Shown here: positions 13,509-26,699 of the stretch, one piece after another
Layout: each line of letters starts with the position of its first letter
Numbering within the stretch: position 1 is the stretch's first letter
Origin: Octopus sinensis
Taxonomy: Eukaryota
Assembly: GCF_006345805.1 (NCBI RefSeq)
Contig: NC_043001.1
Location: 23,250,001 to 23,314,000 of the forward strand
DNA: 64,000 nucleotides
Direction of reading: 5' to 3'
The notes under the pieces: model-generated
Database searches by the model: none
What the model saw: the letters and a program-made list of their open reading frames with translations, nothing else
What the model was told of the DNA's origin: nothing
Program-made: the position numbers and the translations under genes

Positions 13509-13830
13509 GATTGTTTTCAACTATCACCATCACCAGTACCACCACCATTGCCGCCACAACTGCCATACGCACACCAATCAGACTTCTGATGTCACCACCA
13601 TCAATACTTTTGACTTTGCCGCCTTCCCCTCCACCACTATCACCACAGTCTTTCACATCGCTTACTATCACATCATCCCTGACCATCTCGGCTATCACCA
13701 CCACCATCGCCTCTGCCTCTATCACAACTACAGCTCATACTATTACTATCACCCCATTACCATCACAACAGTCAATCTACTACTGCCCTCACCGTCTCTA
13801 AGCCTACTATTACTCTCACCCCAACATGAG
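13432..13830. repeat. (CT)n followed by a cryptic (CAC/CAT)n tract
   Basis: Direct inspection. Confidence 0.85.
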
Positions 13831-14149
13831 AAATAGTAGAAGTGTCATTGACTAGTGAGAGGGTGGGAAAGTGTGACACACTGACACACAGAAATTCGTT
13901 TTGGCATTTATTATTATAGATGAATGACACAGCCTCTTTGACAGTAACACTCATCTACCATTTACAACTATTACACTAAGACAAGGAGACCCACACATGA
14001 CAGACTTCTTTCAGTTTCCATTTACCAAATCTACTCACAAGGCTTTGTTTGGCCTGAAGCTTGAATAGAAGACACTTGCTCAAGATGCCATGCAGTGGGA
14101 CTGAAGCCAGAACAAAACTTACCACACAGCCACACCTGCAGCTGTCATC

Positions 14150-14730
14150 ATCACATTCGTCATCATTTAACGTCCACTTTCCATGCTGGCATGGTTTGGA
14201 CGGTTTTAACTGAGGGCTGGCAAGCCATAAGGCTGCACCAGGCTCCAATCTGATCTGGAAAAGTTTCCTCAACTGGATGCCCTTCCTAATGCCAACCACC
14301 CTGAGAGTGTAGTGGTGCTTTATATGTGCCAGTCAGGCAGTACTGGCATCGGCCACGCTTGAATGGTGCATTTTATGTGCCACTGGCACGGGAGCCAGTC
14401 AGGTGGCACTGTCATCAGCCACAACAATGACTTCACTTGTATACATGGAAAAGTGGATGTTAAACTATGATGATGATGTATATGTGTGTCTGTTATGTAT
14501 ATGTGTGAGTGACATCTTATGATAATTGTGAATGAGTGTCACTGTAAAAGAAACAATATCATTCATTTCCAGTATTCTACAAAAACATATCTGGCCATGT
14601 GAAAATATTACCTTGCTTGGAAACAGGTGGGGGTTAGTGACAGGAAGGGCATTTGGCTGCAAGAAATCTCCCTCAAACTCTGTTCAAACCATGCAAGCAT
14701 GGAGAAAATAGATGTTAAAATGATGAAGCT
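14150..14730. mobile_element. Two RTE-tail-type repeats (14150-14430 and 14440-14730)
   Basis: catcatttaacgtccactttccatgctggcatgg...; second related segment contains gcttggaaacaggtgggggttagtgacaggaagggc. Confidence 0.55.
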
Positions 14731-14789
14731 GGAGAATCAAAGTTGAGTTGTGATGCCCTTCATTGTTAATGCATTTTATAACTACTGCA

Positions 14790-15215
14790 ACTTCTAAGCA
14801 TAGATTTTTACCTGAGCACCATCTGAGCATGATCGTTGCCAGAGTAGCTAACAGGTTTCTGTGCCGGTGGCATGTAAAAAGCACCATTCGAGCGTGATCA
14901 TTACCAGCGTCACCACACTGGCACGTGAAAAAAACATTTGAGCAAGGTCGTTGCCAGTGCCGCTGGACTGGCTCCTGTGCAGTGGTACGTAAAAAACACC
15001 ACTTAAGCATGGCCATTGCCAGTACCGCCTGACTGGCCCTCGTGCCAGTGGCACGTAAAAGCAACCACTACACTCTCGGAGTGGTTGGCATTAGGAAGGG
15101 CATCCAGCTGTAGAAACTCTGCCAGATCAAGATTAGAGCTTGGTGCAGCCATCTAATTCACCAGTCCTCAGTCAAATCGTCCAACCCATGCTAGCATGGA
15201 AAGCAGACGTTAAAC

Positions 15216-15250
<35 letters not shown>
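14790..15250 (+). mobile_element. RTE 3'-UTR/tail copy with internal tandem subrepeats
   Basis: About four gtggcacgtaaaaagcacc units, then cggagtggttggcattaggaagggcatccagctg...ttaaacgatgatgat. Confidence 0.75.
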
Positions 15251-15644
15251 CTGTTCTATAACTTTTATTATCAGCCTTTTTCGTTTCTAAGCAACAGAAA
15301 TACAGATTCTGAGAAAAAAAAATTTATTTATTTCTTTTAAGCAATAAAAGAGCTATTAGTCTTTGAAGATGAAGAGGGTAGTCAAGAATATATTTTTTTG
15401 CAAATTCTGAAACTCTGATGTTCAAAAACAAAAAATTTGAAAATTATTTTCCTTGCAAAAAGTATAATAAAAAAGGCAGAAAGGAGACCACATTTTTTGG
15501 AGGATCAAGGTCATTTTTCCTGCTAATGAATGCAAAGATTAGTAAAGATATTAAAAAAAAATTTATTCTATTCACTGCTCTATATAGTTATTAGATTTAA
15601 AAAATATCCATTTGCATGTTGTTGTTACTATTATAATGAGGAAG

Positions 15645-16080
15645 GCGATGAGCTGGCAGAATCGTTAGCATGCTGAGCAAAATGTTTAGCAGTATTTCTC
15701 CTGTTGCTATGTTCTGAGTTCCATGGAGGTCAACTTTCCCTTTTACCCTTTCAAGGTTAATAAAATAAATACCAGTACTGGGGCCAATGTAATTATTCCC
15801 TCTCCTGAAATTGCTTGCATTGTACCAAAATTTGAAACAACAACAACAACAACAACAACAACAGCAGCAGCAGCAGCAGCAACCACCACCACCACCACCA
15901 CAATGCTTAGTGGAATTTCTTACAGCTCTTTATGTTCTGGGTTCAAATTCTGCTGTAATCAATTTTGCTTTTTATGTTTTGGGGTGGGGGTCAATAAAAT
16001 CAATAACAGTTGAGCACTGGGGTCCATGTTATTGACTAATCCCCTCCCGCCAAATTTCAGACCTGGTGGCTATAGAAGAA
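15645..16080 (+). mobile_element. Two diverged SINE family B copies separated by (CAA)(CAG)(CAC)n
   Basis: Central domain at ~15725 and ~15960; the polyQ ORF here is a microsatellite artefact. Confidence 0.65.
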
Positions 16081-16380
16081 AGAATCATTTACTTCTCAGA
16101 GCACTTGGTATTGTTTGCTCTGGTTGATTCTGTGAGAGTAAACAACAGCCTGTTGTCAGAGGTCTCATAGGGTCTCTTTCTGCATATTATAAGCTTTGAT
16201 AATTGATTGTTAATTACTGCAGAAGAGGACGACGATGTCGTCGTCGCCACCGCCACCACCACCACCTGCTTTCACTGCGCTACCAGGCACAGCTCTGTAT
16301 GCCTTGGGTATGTGTTGTGGTTTGTTGTGATGTTCTTATTTTTACTGTATTGAAAGCATTTTACATAGGATGCGTGCATA

Positions 16381-16667
16381 GTGTTGTTGTTGTTGTTATT
16401 GTTGTATTATTATTTTTACTATTATTGTTATTGTTGCTGTTATTATTATTATTATTATTACTATTATTGTTATTATTATTATTACTATTATTTTTATTAT
16501 TGTTATTATCATTATTATTTCTATTATTGTTATTATTATTATTATTACTATTATTGTTGTTATTATTATTATTATTATTATTGTTATTATTATTATTATT
16601 ATTATTACTATTATTGTTATTGTTGTCATTATTATTATTAATATTATTATTATTGTTAGTGTTGCTG

Positions 16668-16698
<31 letters not shown>

Positions 16699-16812
16699 CA
16701 TTATTATTATTATTATCATTATTATTATTATCATTATTATTATTACTATTATTGTTATTGTTGTTATTATTATTATTAGTATTATTGTTACTTGTCATCA
16801 TTATTATTATTA
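16381..16812. repeat. Compound (TTA/TTG/CTA/TCA)n trinucleotide tract
   Basis: Direct inspection; source of the poly-L/N/I/Y ORFs. Confidence 0.9.
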
Positions 16813-17881
16813 AAGCAGCAAGCTGGCAGAATCATTAGCATGTTGGGCAAATTGCTTAGTGGCATTTCTTCTGGCTCTATACATTCTGAGTTCAAATGCT
16901 GCTGAGGTTGTTTTCTGCTTTTCATCCTCTTGGAGTCAATAAAATATGTATTGACGGAATCAATTTAATCCACTTCTTCTCTTCAAAATTGCTGGCCTTG
17001 AGCCAAAATGAGAAAAAATATTATCATTTTTTGTATGCATATTTTGGTTCATTTGTTTAATGAACATGAATATCAACTATTGGAAAGATTCCCATTTCTG
17101 GAATATAAGTTAATAAATTCATTTGATTTATTCATATTTTATTTGCATGTTCACATCTGTTTGCATTGTGAGGTGTGTGTATGAGTGCATGCGTACCTGT
17201 GTTAATCAATAAACCGCCTCATTCATCAGCGTCATTAGCTATTCACCAGTTAATATCAAACAATCAATGAGTTCAAATATTAAGTTAAATAAAACCAGTA
17301 TTAGTGATAGTTCATTATTCTCATCATCATCACCATGAACAAATGGATGGAAAAAAAATGCATTTGATCACCGCTAAAAGCTCCATAATTATACTTCTAA
17401 TAGTATATAAAAAAAAAATTTCTGATTTGATTTTCTGTTTTTTTTTTTTGTCACTGTTATCTCATCATCATGACTGCCACCACCACCATAACTATTTTAC
17501 ATTTGTTTTTCATACATTGATGTGTTGAATGAATCACCAAGATCCAAGTCAGTTTTATTCAGAGCTACTTCTCTCTTGGACAAGTCAAAGGACCATCTCT
17601 TGCTTGTACATCTCATTTTTAACGTAGTTTCTATGGATAGACACCCTTATTAACACCTTCCACTTTCCAAAGTGTACTGTTTGCATTATATCATGGCACT
17701 AGCACTAGAGAGTTTCTCAAATTTTGTGAGTAGAGTAGAAAGAAATTGCTGAAAATACCCTTATTTTTTTGTTTTTTTTTATACGGTCCAGACATTTGTT
17801 TCATGCAGCAATCTAGAATTTGCTAAAAACTTATTACAAAAACCATTTTTCTAGTCTTTCTTTTCTTTTATTTAGCAAAAT

Positions 17882-18258
17882 AGGCGTAGGAGTGGCTGTG
17901 TGGTAAGTAGCTTGCTTACGAACCACATGGTTCCGGGTTGTCCCACTGCGTGGCACCTTGGGCAAGTGTCTTCTACTATAGCCTCGAGCCAACCAAAGCC
18001 TTGTGAGTGGATTTGGTAGACGGAAACTGAAAGAAGCCTGTCGTATATATGTGTGTGTGCATATGTTTGTGTGTCTGTATTTGTCCCCCCAACATCTCTG
18101 GTGTGTTTACGTCCCCATAACTTAGCGGTTCAGCAAAAGAGACCAATAGAAATAAGTGCTAGGCTTACAAAGAATAAGTCCTGGGGTTGATTTGCTCGAC
18201 TAAAGGAGGTGCTCCAGTATGGTCACAGTCAAATAACTGAAACAAGTAAAAGAGTAAA
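17882..18258 (+). mobile_element. SINE family A
   Basis: Complete head, core and tail. Confidence 0.85.
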
Positions 18259-18916
18259 ACGTTTTTCAAAAACACATAGTTTATTGTCTCAGTTGTGTTA
18301 CCTGGTCAAATTGTCTAACCCATGCCAGCATGGATAACGGACATTAAATGATGATGATGATTAAAATTGACTACAATATGAATGGAAATATTGGACAATT
18401 TAGCACCTAATGCTGTTCAGCTCTTACAAGCAAACTACATTATTGTGAATGACAAATTGCATGTCTGGGGTAATAAACTTGTCATTGCAACAGTCCCAAA
18501 GGTATAATTGGTGATGTTATGTGGAGATGCTCAAAATGTAAAAAAGACAAATTTAGTGTGAAGCAACACATTTCTTGAAAAATCTATATTGACGACGTCT
18601 GTCATATTTCAAATAGTATTAGACTTTGTATGTGAAGTCCCAGTGACTAGCTTTATGCTACTTCCTGAATGGTATTAGGATTAAAGCAGTAATTCAATGG
18701 TACCAATACTATTGTGATATTTGTTAACAGAGCAGGAAAAAAAAACTATAAAACAGGATGTAACACAGTGGGCCCAGCCTTGAAACTGATGAAAGCTTAA
18801 TGTTCAAATGCAAAAATCATGTTAGAGTTATCAAACAATTTGGAGTCATTGAATTTCATAACACACACGCACGCACACACACACACACACACACATGCAC
18901 ACACACACACATTCTG

Positions 18917-19325
18917 CAAAGGTGTATGCATGGCTTTATGGTAAAGGAGCCTCGCTTCCCAATCACATAGTTTTAGGTTCAGTCCCACTGTATGGTACCT
19001 TAAGCAAGTGTCTTCTACTGTAGCCTCAGGCCAACTGAAGCCTTGTTAGGGATTCTGGTTGAAGGAAACTGAAAGAAGCCCGATATGTATATGTATATAT
19101 TTATATACATATCAATGTGTTTGTGTCTATGATTGTTTCCCATCACCACTTAACAATTGGCATTGGTTTTTTTTACGCCCCTGTAACCTAGCAGTTCAGC
19201 AAAAGACATTAACGGAATAAGTTCCAGATTTAAAAAAGAAAGTACCGAGGGCAATTCGTTTGACTACAGCCTTTCAAGGAGGTGTTATAGCATGGCCGCA
19301 GTCCAATGACTGAAACAAATAAAAG
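18917..19325 (+). mobile_element. SINE family A, diverged
   Basis: Head, core and tail recognisable with many CpG losses. Confidence 0.7.
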
Positions 19326-19368
19326 ATATACTTAGTTGCGCTACAGTGACCTCAGTAGCAATGAACAA

Positions 19369-19903
<535 letters not shown>

Positions 19904-20662
19904 GTATCAGCCCATCTTTACTGACACGTAATGAAGCTATAATCATCAGGACATTTTTGGTTATGGCCAAAAAACTATATAAATTATAAGTAAAATTAAT
20001 CGCCAATCAAAGTGGCTGTTCCATGGTATTACTAGTTTAACTCCAGGCAGATCTTCCGCCAGCTGGTTATCGGTGCAGTCCTGCACATTGTACATATATG
20101 TTACTAGCAGGGGAGCGAACCCCAACCATCCTGCAACAAACAACATGATCGCGGAACTGACTCAGTCTATGCTAACTTGGGTAGTGTATACACCAATAAA
20201 GTCCGTGTATACACTACCCAAGCGTCCCCCCCCCCACTAACTTTGTTTCCTTGTAACTTTCAGATAATATGGATATTTTTTAATGATATTTTCAACAAGT
20301 ACCTCCAAGAACGTGTAAATTATGAGTATAACAATTTAACGTGAAAAACAAAAGCAAAACGAAAGTGGTGGGCGCAAGTTTTTTTTAAGTTCAAGTTTCA
20401 TTTTGCTGATCTGTGTGTGTGTGTGTGGGGGGCGCTCTCGCCAATTTTGGCCCTTCACAATAAATTCCAATATAATCTTAATCTACACCATCTGAAGCGT
20501 ATTTGTAAAAAAATTCCATTAAAAAATATCCATTTTTCTGAAAGTTATGAGGAAACAAAATATCGGTGTGGTACACGTGTAGGTGTGTCCAAACTTGAAT
20601 CTCAAATAGATGGATCAAGTATAAATCAGGATCAACTGGTGATATGAACTGGGTACCTGTGG

Positions 20663-20892
20663 ACGGGCTGGCAGAAACATTAGCACGCCGGGGCGAAATG
20701 CTTTGTGGTATTTCGTCCGCCGGTGCGTTCTGAGTTCAAATTCCGCCGAGGTCGACTTTGCCTTTCATCCTTTCGGGGTCGATTAAATAAGTACCAGTTA
20801 CATACTGAGATCGATATCATCGACTTAATCCGTTTGTCTGTCCTTGTTTGTCCCCTCTGTGTTTAGCCCCTTGTGGGTAGTAAAGAAATAGG
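20663..20892 (+). mobile_element. SINE family B, full length, CpG-rich
   Basis: Complete head, central domain and tail (gtagtaaagaaatagg). Confidence 0.85.
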
Positions 20893-21059
20893 TACCTGTG
20901 GACGAGGCGTACAGAGAAGCTTACAACACGACAAGCGATAAAGCTATAGCTAATTATAATATTGTCTAAGACCACATTATTGATCTCCGTCCTTGGTATT
21001 TTTGTAGTTCTTGTACAGTATAGGTATGTTCTGGATTTATTTATATATTATTTTTCCGA

Positions 21060-21830
21060 TCAGAACATTAATAGCAGAATCGTCAGAGCGCCTCTGACAG
21101 TATTTATAAAACGTTCCGAGTTCAAATCATGCTTTCATCCTTTCCGGGTTGGTCTCAATTGATACCTTCCCCTCAAAATTCTTGTCCTTGAAAAAAAAAA
21201 ACTACTACTACTACTGTTGTTGTTGTTGTTCTTCTTCTTCTTCTTGAAAGCGACGAATTGGCAGAAACGTTAGCACGCGGGCGTAATGCTTAGCAGTATT
21301 TCGTCTGCCGCTGCGTTCTGAGTTCAAATTCCGCCAAGGTTGACTTTTGCCTTTCATCCTTTCGGGGTCAATTAAATAAGTACCAGTTACGCACTGAAGC
21401 CGATTAATCGACTTAATCCATTTGTCTGTCATTGTTTGTCCCCTCTGTGTCTAGCCCTTTGTGGGCAGTAAAGAAATAAGAATCGTTAGCACGCCGGGCA
21501 AAATTCTGCCGAGGTCAACTTTGCCTTTCATCCTTTCGGGGTCGATAAATTAAGTAACAATGAAACACAGGGATCGATGTAATCGACTAGTCCCCTACTC
21601 CCAAATTTCAGGCCTTGTGCCTATAATAGAAAAGCTTATTATTATGGTGGCGAGTTGGCAGAATTGCTAGCGTGTCAGATAAAATGCTTAGCGGCATTTT
21701 TACGTCCTGAGTTCAAATTCAGCTGAAGTCGACTTTGCTTTCCAGAATTCTTTCGGGATCGATAAATTAAGTACCAGTGAAGCACTGGGATCGATGTAAG
21801 TGACTGGTCCCTCCCGAAAAATGTACCAAA
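21060..21830 (+). mobile_element. Cluster of four SINE family B copies
   Basis: Repeated ctgagttcaaattccgcc..gtcgactttgcctttcatcc units at ~21060, 21250, 21480 and 21645. Confidence 0.8.
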
Positions 21831-23554
21831 ATCAAAATTATTTCATTAGGAAGACGTCTTTTTGTAAACAGCATATTCAAAAACAGGTTCGTTTTTACAC
21901 ACCAAAAATCAGGGTTCAAATGATAATAAAGTTGGGGTGTATGATGCGAAACTTGTAAAATGTCACTTGTATGCATTACGATCAGGTTTCTTGTCCATTT
22001 AGAATCTTTTATAATCGGCAATCATACTTTTGGAATATCAAATAGCCAATTATTTGTAATATATACGGTTTTAAAAATAAAGATTGCCAAGAGAAAAATC
22101 AATAACCATGTTATGAATGAATGATTTATATGAGTGCAAAATAGACAGACCAATCGAAATAGCGAAGCACTGATAGAAAGGCGGGTACTTATTGGGAATT
22201 GAGTACAACTTATTTCACTGTATAATAACAAGATAATTACAGATCATTTTCTGATTGGAGTGTGTAGCTATTCGTTCCTGATGAAAACGTGAAAACGAAA
22301 TATGTGTATGTCTCCTTATTTTTGATGTAATATAACACAACATAATATAAAAAGAAAGTAACAATTTGATAAAGCAATAATAACAAAGACAGATCAACTA
22401 ATGAATGGACGATATATGTATAGAAAAGAAAAGTGAAAAGAAAAGAAATCAGTTACGTCACTCTAAAAACAGATCAAAGGTATATAGGATAGTTTTATGT
22501 CAAACTCAAAACTGCATATAAACAAAAGATATTGTAATGAGTTATTAAATATTTCATTATCGTTAAAAGAGGTGCGACACAGTAAATCCGTGTTTACATT
22601 TCTTATTCAGCTTACACTAGCATTCACATACAAATAGAAAATACATTATAAATCAACCTAAAATAGACATAACCATCTAGTTAAATGTATAGTGGAATAA
22701 CGATTAAATACTTACACTGCAGCTGCTTAGTATCACTGAGTAGTAATCGCGAAAAAACAAAAAAAAAAAGCAATCTGAGAAGGTCAGCGGGTCAGTTAGA
22801 CTTTAACAATTTGTATGACAGAGAATAGGATAATTAAAATGTTACTACTAGAGTTATAGTGACGCGAAAATATAAGGTCCTACGTCAGGGAGAATGTTTA
22901 ATGGTTTTGTGACAAGTAAGTTGGCGAAGCCCGGCTATGAACGAATATCACAAGCAGACAGATATAGACAAGTGGAGAACTAGAGTATAACGAAGATGAA
23001 GAGAAGGTGGGAGGAAAATATCAAGGTCCAAGTTGATATGAGTGAGTGGGAGAGATAAATAGTAAAAAAAAAAATAAAATACAGAGAAACACATGCAGAC
23101 TAACCAAGAGAGAGGCTGTCAGACATTCAGATAGAAAGAAAGAGTAAGAATTTGACACTTCGAAGTTGTGAAAGATTGGCATTCCTCATTTTTTCTTTCG
23201 TTTTTTTTTTTTTTTTTTGGTGGGCGGGTGTAGTGGTGGTGGTGGTGGTGGTGGGAAGGGATGCGCTAGTTTTCGAGTTCTGTAGATTGTCCGTTCCGTT
23301 CGTGTTCGTTTATTTATTATCTTCACATTCCACTTATAGATACCGATTTCTATTGATTAACCACGAGACCAGTTCTTGTAAAAGAATCAATAAAATACAC
23401 ACCAGTGTATAATAATAATAATAATCAAAATAACAACAACAACGACAATGATATTAATAATAAATATTTAAACGTTGTCCACCCCAGCAAAATTTGAACT
23501 TTGAACAAAATTAAATATTGTAGATAATATGTGTGTGTGTGTGTGTGTGTGCGC

Positions 23555-23562
23555 GTAGGATG

Positions 23563-23593
<31 letters not shown>

Positions 23594-23640
23594 GGATGTA
23601 TATTATATATATATATTATATATATAATATATATAGGATG

Positions 23641-23671
<31 letters not shown>

Positions 23672-23978
23672 GGATGTATATATATATATTATATATATAA
23701 TAATATATATATAGGATGTATATATATATATAATATATATATAGGATGTATATATATATAGGATGTCTATATATATATATATATATATATAGGATGTTAT
23801 ATATATATATATATATATATATATAGGATGTATATATATATAGGATGTATATATATTATATAGGATGTATAATATATATATAGGATGTATATATATATAG
23901 GATGTATATATATATATATAGGATGTATTATATATATATATAGGATGTATATATATATATATATATATATATAGGATG

Positions 23979-24075
<97 letters not shown>

Positions 24076-24088
24076 CATACATATATAT

Positions 24089-24123
<35 letters not shown>

Positions 24124-24192
24124 CATACATATATATACATATATATATATATGTGTGCGTGTGTGTATGTGTATAAAATATATATAGGATGT
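23555..24192. repeat. (TA)n array punctuated by GGATG
   Basis: About 17 GGATG motifs separated by variable TA runs. Confidence 0.9.
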
Positions 24193-24966
24193 GAATTTCG
24201 TTCTTACATTGGTCTTACAGCCTCATCAAATAGTATCAAATAATTGATTTCTCACATTAGTAACTAACAGAACGGGATATGAAGCATGTAATTAAATACT
24301 GCAAAATAATTAAGTTCATCACTATTGTTTCTATCATCCCATCGCCTCTAGTACTATTAACTTCATTCATACTTTTTGTTCATTCATACATTTTTGTTTA
24401 TCGATTGTTATTCTTCATTCGTAAAATCATGTTCTGTCTACGTATGTTAGAGGGGATAAGGTGAACAGCTTTCACGACACAACATCAAACTACATTTTTA
24501 TTAGTTGAAGCCTAGAAATGATATTGTTTGGAATGTAGTACTTACAAAACAGAAGGCCCAGTTCCGGAGACAACATCAGTTATAATATTGATTTGTCACA
24601 TTGGCCAGTTCACTCATTTTGTGAGATGTTGATTTTATAGTGGCTAGCAAGGCAGAATCGTTAACACGTCGGACAAAATGTTTAACGGCATTTCTTCCAT
24701 CTTTTTACGATCTGAATTCAAATCCTGCCGATGTAAACTTTCATTGCTTCAGAGTCAATAAAATAAAGTACCAATCAAGTACTGGGACTGATGCTGTCGA
24801 TTTGTCCTCCACCCTAAACTAGTTGACTTGAACCCTGCAACGAACCGGTATCCCGTTCGAATTGAAGGAGGCATTGCCTTGGCCGCTTGTAAGCCATGGA
24901 AACCGGGTAACTGGTCGTGAGAGTCCTAGGGCACAAATTTTTTTTTAGAAAATGTAGTCATTTATA

Positions 24967-25540
24967 GGCACAGGCGTGGCTGCGTGGTAAGAAGCTTGCT
25001 TTCCAGCCACTTGGTTTCGTGCTCAGTCCCAATGCATGGTACATTGAGCAAGTGTCTTCTCCTATAGCATCGGGCTGACAAAAGCCTTGTGAGTGGCATT
25101 GGTAGACGGAAACTGGAAGAAGCCTGGTGTGTGTGTGACTTAGTGTCTGTGTTTGTCCACCACTACTTGATAACTGGTGTTGGTGTGTTTACGTCCTATT
25201 CGCGACTATCACGATTTGGCGGATTTTATAATAGCTGTCCCATGTATATCACTTGGGAAAGAAAAAAGGGTAGCCATTTTCTTCCCATTATCTTTTTTTA
25301 ACATTCCCAGAAATTACGATTCTGAAAAAAAATTCTTGTCTCAAAAGTTTTAATTTTTGCCACCCGCCCACCTTCCATCCCTTTTCTAGCAGTTCAGCAA
25401 AAATGACCGATAGAATTAGTCCAAGGCTTTAAAAATAAGTCCTGGGGTCGGTATGTTCGACTAAAACCCTTCAAGAGGCTGCTCCAGCATGACTGCAACA
25501 AGTAAAAGATTATATCGACTAACTCTGAAACAAGATTTCA
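24967..25540 (+). mobile_element. SINE family A split by a ~180-bp insertion
   Basis: Head and core 24967-25195; tail resumes at ~25383. Confidence 0.7.
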
Positions 25541-25807
25541 TATTTTGATGATGACGATAGAGATAAGGGAGAGGATGTTTCACTGCAAGTCTTCCCTGAA
25601 CAAGAAAACTTATGATTGCAAGTGTTCTATTCGCGACCATCACGATTTGACGGGATTTTATAATAGCTGTCCCATGTATATCACTTGGGAAAGAAAAAGG
25701 TAGTTATTTTCTTCCCATTACCTTTTTTAAACATTCCCAGAAATTACGATTCTGAAAAAAAAATATATCTTTGTCTCAAAAGTTCTAATTTTTGTCACCC
25801 GCCCACC

Positions 25808-26008
25808 TTACTTTTTACTCTTTTACTTGTTTCAGTCATTTGACTGTGGCCATGCTGGAGCACCGCATGGACTTATTCTTTGTAAGCCTAGTACTTATTC
25901 TATCGGTCTCTTTTGCCGAACCGCTAAGTTACGGGGACGTAAACACACCAGCATCAGTTGTCAAGCGATGTTGTGGAGATACAGACACACAAACACATAC
26001 ACACACGC

Positions 26009-26045
<37 letters not shown>

Positions 26046-26075
26046 CATTACATATATATATATATATATATACAT

Positions 26076-26159
<84 letters not shown>

Positions 26160-26322
26160 TCGACGGGCTTCTTTCAGTTTCCATCTACCAAATCCACCCA
26201 CAAGGCTTCGGTCGGCCCGAGGGTACAGTAGAAGACACTTGCCCAAGGTGTTACGCAGTGGGACTGAACCCGGGACCATGTGGTTCGTAAGCAAGCTACT
26301 TATCACATAGCCACTCCTACGC
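25808..26322 (-). mobile_element. SINE family A
   Basis: Near-complete copy with long (TA)n. Confidence 0.85.
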
Positions 26323-26329
26323 TTATACC

Positions 26330-26580
26330 TTTCCATACCTTTCATACCTTTTTCTATGAAGTATGGGACTTCGAGGGACAACTGTTTCAAAACTTTTAGC
26401 TGCCCGATAACTACACTCGTAGGTGACATTTTCCCTTCTTTGGACTTTTCCGTTTTCCTTTCTGACGAATAACTATGCTCAAAGCGTCAAAAACCCTCTC
26501 TTTTTATCGAGCATCAAACTAATGCATTCCCCGTGCACGTCCTCTTGTTGTTTTTGTTATTGTTATGTTTAATGTTCGAT
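26330..26580 (+). mobile_element. Diverged copy of the short HHR-bearing element
   Basis: CTGACGA-A-taac[tat]GCTC-aaag-CGTC at 26462-26488; flanks similar to the 47671-47885 copy. Confidence 0.5.
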
Positions 26581-26699
26581 TATTGGATTTGACTAGACAC
26601 ACACACACACTTAATTATCATTAAAGCTGCAAAGAGATCAGAAAAATATCACACAAGACTGCTACTCAAACGTTTATGTTCCCGTTCGTCGGACAGTTC

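Noticed and set aside
15811-16035. PolyQ/polyP ORF
   Set aside because: Microsatellite between two SINE copies; the flanks translate SINE sequence.
16203-16838. Long poly-Leu/Asn/Ile/Tyr ORFs
   Set aside because: All frames are open because of a compound trinucleotide tract; no splice or homology support.
22278-22305. CTGATGAAAACG...GAAAT
   Set aside because: No stem II; better explained as a minus-strand polypyrimidine acceptor.
23531-24176. Tyr-Ile repeat ORFs (also at 25.8-26.4 kb and 46.5 kb)
   Set aside because: (TA)n microsatellite artefacts.
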